Of a stretch of DNA of 64,000 bases, positions 62,082-64,000 are shown piece after piece. The DNA comes from Selaginella moellendorffii (lineage: Eukaryota > Plantae > Lycopodiophyta). The position numbers were made by a program, and so were the translations under genes. The stretch lies in the NCBI RefSeq assembly GCF_000143415.4, contig NW_003314261.1, forward strand, positions 310,001 through 374,000, read 5' to 3'. The notes below the pieces were generated by a model. It had not been told where the DNA came from, did no database searches, and saw only the letters and a program-made list of their open reading frames with translations. Numbering within the stretch: the first letter of the stretch is position 1; each line of letters opens with the position of its first letter.

Positions 62082-63854
62082 ATGGCGGTAGGCGGTGGAG
62101 TCGCGAGCGGTGGCAGCGCGAGGGCGGATCTCTACCGCGGCCACACGACCAAGTATGTGATCTTGGCGTGCATTGTGGCTGCCAGCGGAGGCTTGATCTT
62201 TGGCTACGATGTGGGCATCTCAGGTAAGTTTGCGCGATCATCATGGTGGCTTTCTCCTCCTCTCCGGCTCTAAACTTTGCTTGTATGATCCATCCAGGTG
62301 GTGTGACGTCCATGGACGATTTCCTGGAGAAGTTCTTCCCGGGTGTCAAGAGGCACAAGGACCTTGCCGCCAATGGCGATTCCGATTACTGCAAGTATGA
62401 CAACCAGAAGCTCCAGGCCTTCACATCGTCGCTCTATCTCGCGGGCCTGGTTGCGAGCTTCCTCGCCTCGCATGTCACCAAGAAGTATGGACGCCGCCCA
62501 TCCATCATTTGCGGAGGTCTCAGCTTTTTGGTTGGCGCAGTGCTCAATGGCGCTGCCGCCAATCTGGTCATGCTCATCCTCGGCCGGATTATGCTGGGTG
62601 TTGGCGTGGGTTTTGGCAACCAGGTAACCGATGGATCATATACAACCACCAAAGACAACGTTTTGATCATGTCCTTTCTTTCTTTTCCAGGCAGTGCCAG
62701 TCTATCTCTCAGAGATGGCACCCGCGAAGATCCGTGGCGCTCTAAATATCATGTTCCAGCTCGCCATCACGATTGGAATCCTGTGCGCGAATCTTATCAA
62801 CTATGGAACCGCTAAGATTCCTGGCTGGGGATGGCGCCTCTCGCTTGGTCTCGCCGGAGTACCAGCCATTCTCATGAGCGTGGGTGGTCTTTTCTTGCCC
62901 GAGACTCCAAACAGTTTGATCGAGCGTGGACGCTGCGACGAAGGTCGCCGCCTCCTCGTCAAGATCCGCGGCACCGAGGAAGTGGATGCCGAGTATGAAG
63001 ATATCAAAGAGGCGAGCGATCTCGCGGCTGCCATCGCTAGCCCCTTGAAGAACATTTTCGAGCGGAGGAGTCGTCCCCAGCTCATCTTGGCGACGTTGAT
63101 CCCATTCTTCCAGCAGTTCACGGGGATCAACGCTATCATGTTCTATGCCCCGGTGCTCTTCCAGACGATCGGATTTGGCAGCGACGCATCGCTCTACTCG
63201 GCCGTGATCACCGGCGCTGTCAATGTCGTGGCTACCCTCGTCTCGATCGCGCTTGTCGATCGGTTGGGCCGCCGCTTCTTCTTCTTGCAAGCTGGAGTCC
63301 AAATGTTCGTCTCACAGGTAAGCAGCATGCTTCTCTAGATCGATCGAAGTTCTCATTCTTCCTTTCTAAATCCATAGGTGGTGGTGGCGGTGATCTTGGG
63401 CGTCAAGTTTGGAGGAACCAAGGAGCTGGACAAAGTTTACGCTGTGATCGTCGTGATCGTGATATGCTGCTACGTCTCTGCCTTTGCCTGGTCTTGGGGG
63501 CCCTTGGGCTGGCTCGTTCCCAGCGAGATTTTCCCACTGGAGACGCGATCGGCCGGGCAAGCGATCACGGTGGCAGTTAATCTCTTCTTCACCTTCGTCA
63601 TTGCCCAGGCGTTCCTCAGCATGATGTGCCATATGAAGTTCGGGATCTTCCTGTTCTTCGCGGCCTGGGTGGCGATCATGTCAGTCTTCGTCTTCTGGTT
63701 CATACCCGAGACCAAGAACGTTCCAATCGAGGAGATGATGGGTGTGTGGAGAAAGCACTGGTTTTGGAGGAGGATTGTCCCGGACCAAGATCCTCCGGTT
63801 ATCCCATACAAGCAGGATGATGAAAGCAAGATGGGCGTAGAGATGACAAACTAA
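62082..63854 (+). CDS. STP: Sugar transport protein (STP/MST), copy 2, 4 exons
   Basis: Same signatures and the same three intron positions as copy 1; QQFTGIN. Confidence 0.96.
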
Positions 63855-64000
63855 AGATCACTGAGTGAGAAGAACTAAGTAGGATGAAGACTAAAAAATG
63901 TAAAAATCTATCACTCTCAACTTTACGGCTAAGACCAACACTCAAAAACGCTAGAAACTTTCATACCGTGTTGTCTGGTAATGCGGGACAATCCGAGGAT

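Noticed and set aside
39417-63854. Functional cell-wall/sugar gene cluster (CesA, EXO, MYB, STP)
   Set aside because: Interspersed with unrelated housekeeping genes; proximity is explained by genome compaction.

Overview
Plant nuclear DNA. Very short (about 40-70 bp) introns, dense genes and the style of the PPR gene suggest a lycophyte such as Selaginella; this is inference, not a database result. There are three blocks. (1) 1-7 kb: a PLS-type PPR gene converging on TASH3. (2) About 7.1-36.6 kb: a nested transposon island. It holds a Tat-type aRH-RT relic and a decayed chromovirus-like Ty3/gypsy element. That element is interrupted by a TRIM, a hAT transposon and a 7.5-kb non-coding LARD, whose LTR in turn carries a 5S-rRNA-derived, Cassandra-like solo LTR. 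Further right lie a second TRIM, three solo LTRs and a chromovirus 3' end. (3) 36.7-64 kb: a gene-dense block with a spliced Crinkler-like NTPase + restriction-endonuclease-fold gene, CesA, a PHD-finger gene, EXORDIUM-like, VPS24, a tesmin/TSO1-like CXC gene, an R2R3-MYB, TEL2 and two tandem sugar transporters. The most notable items are the intact, intron-containing Crinkler-type header-NTPase-REase gene with an altered nuclease motif, 157 bp downstream of the CesA stop codon, and the 5S-bearing solo LTR with its local duplication. Gene models and protein identities were read by eye.
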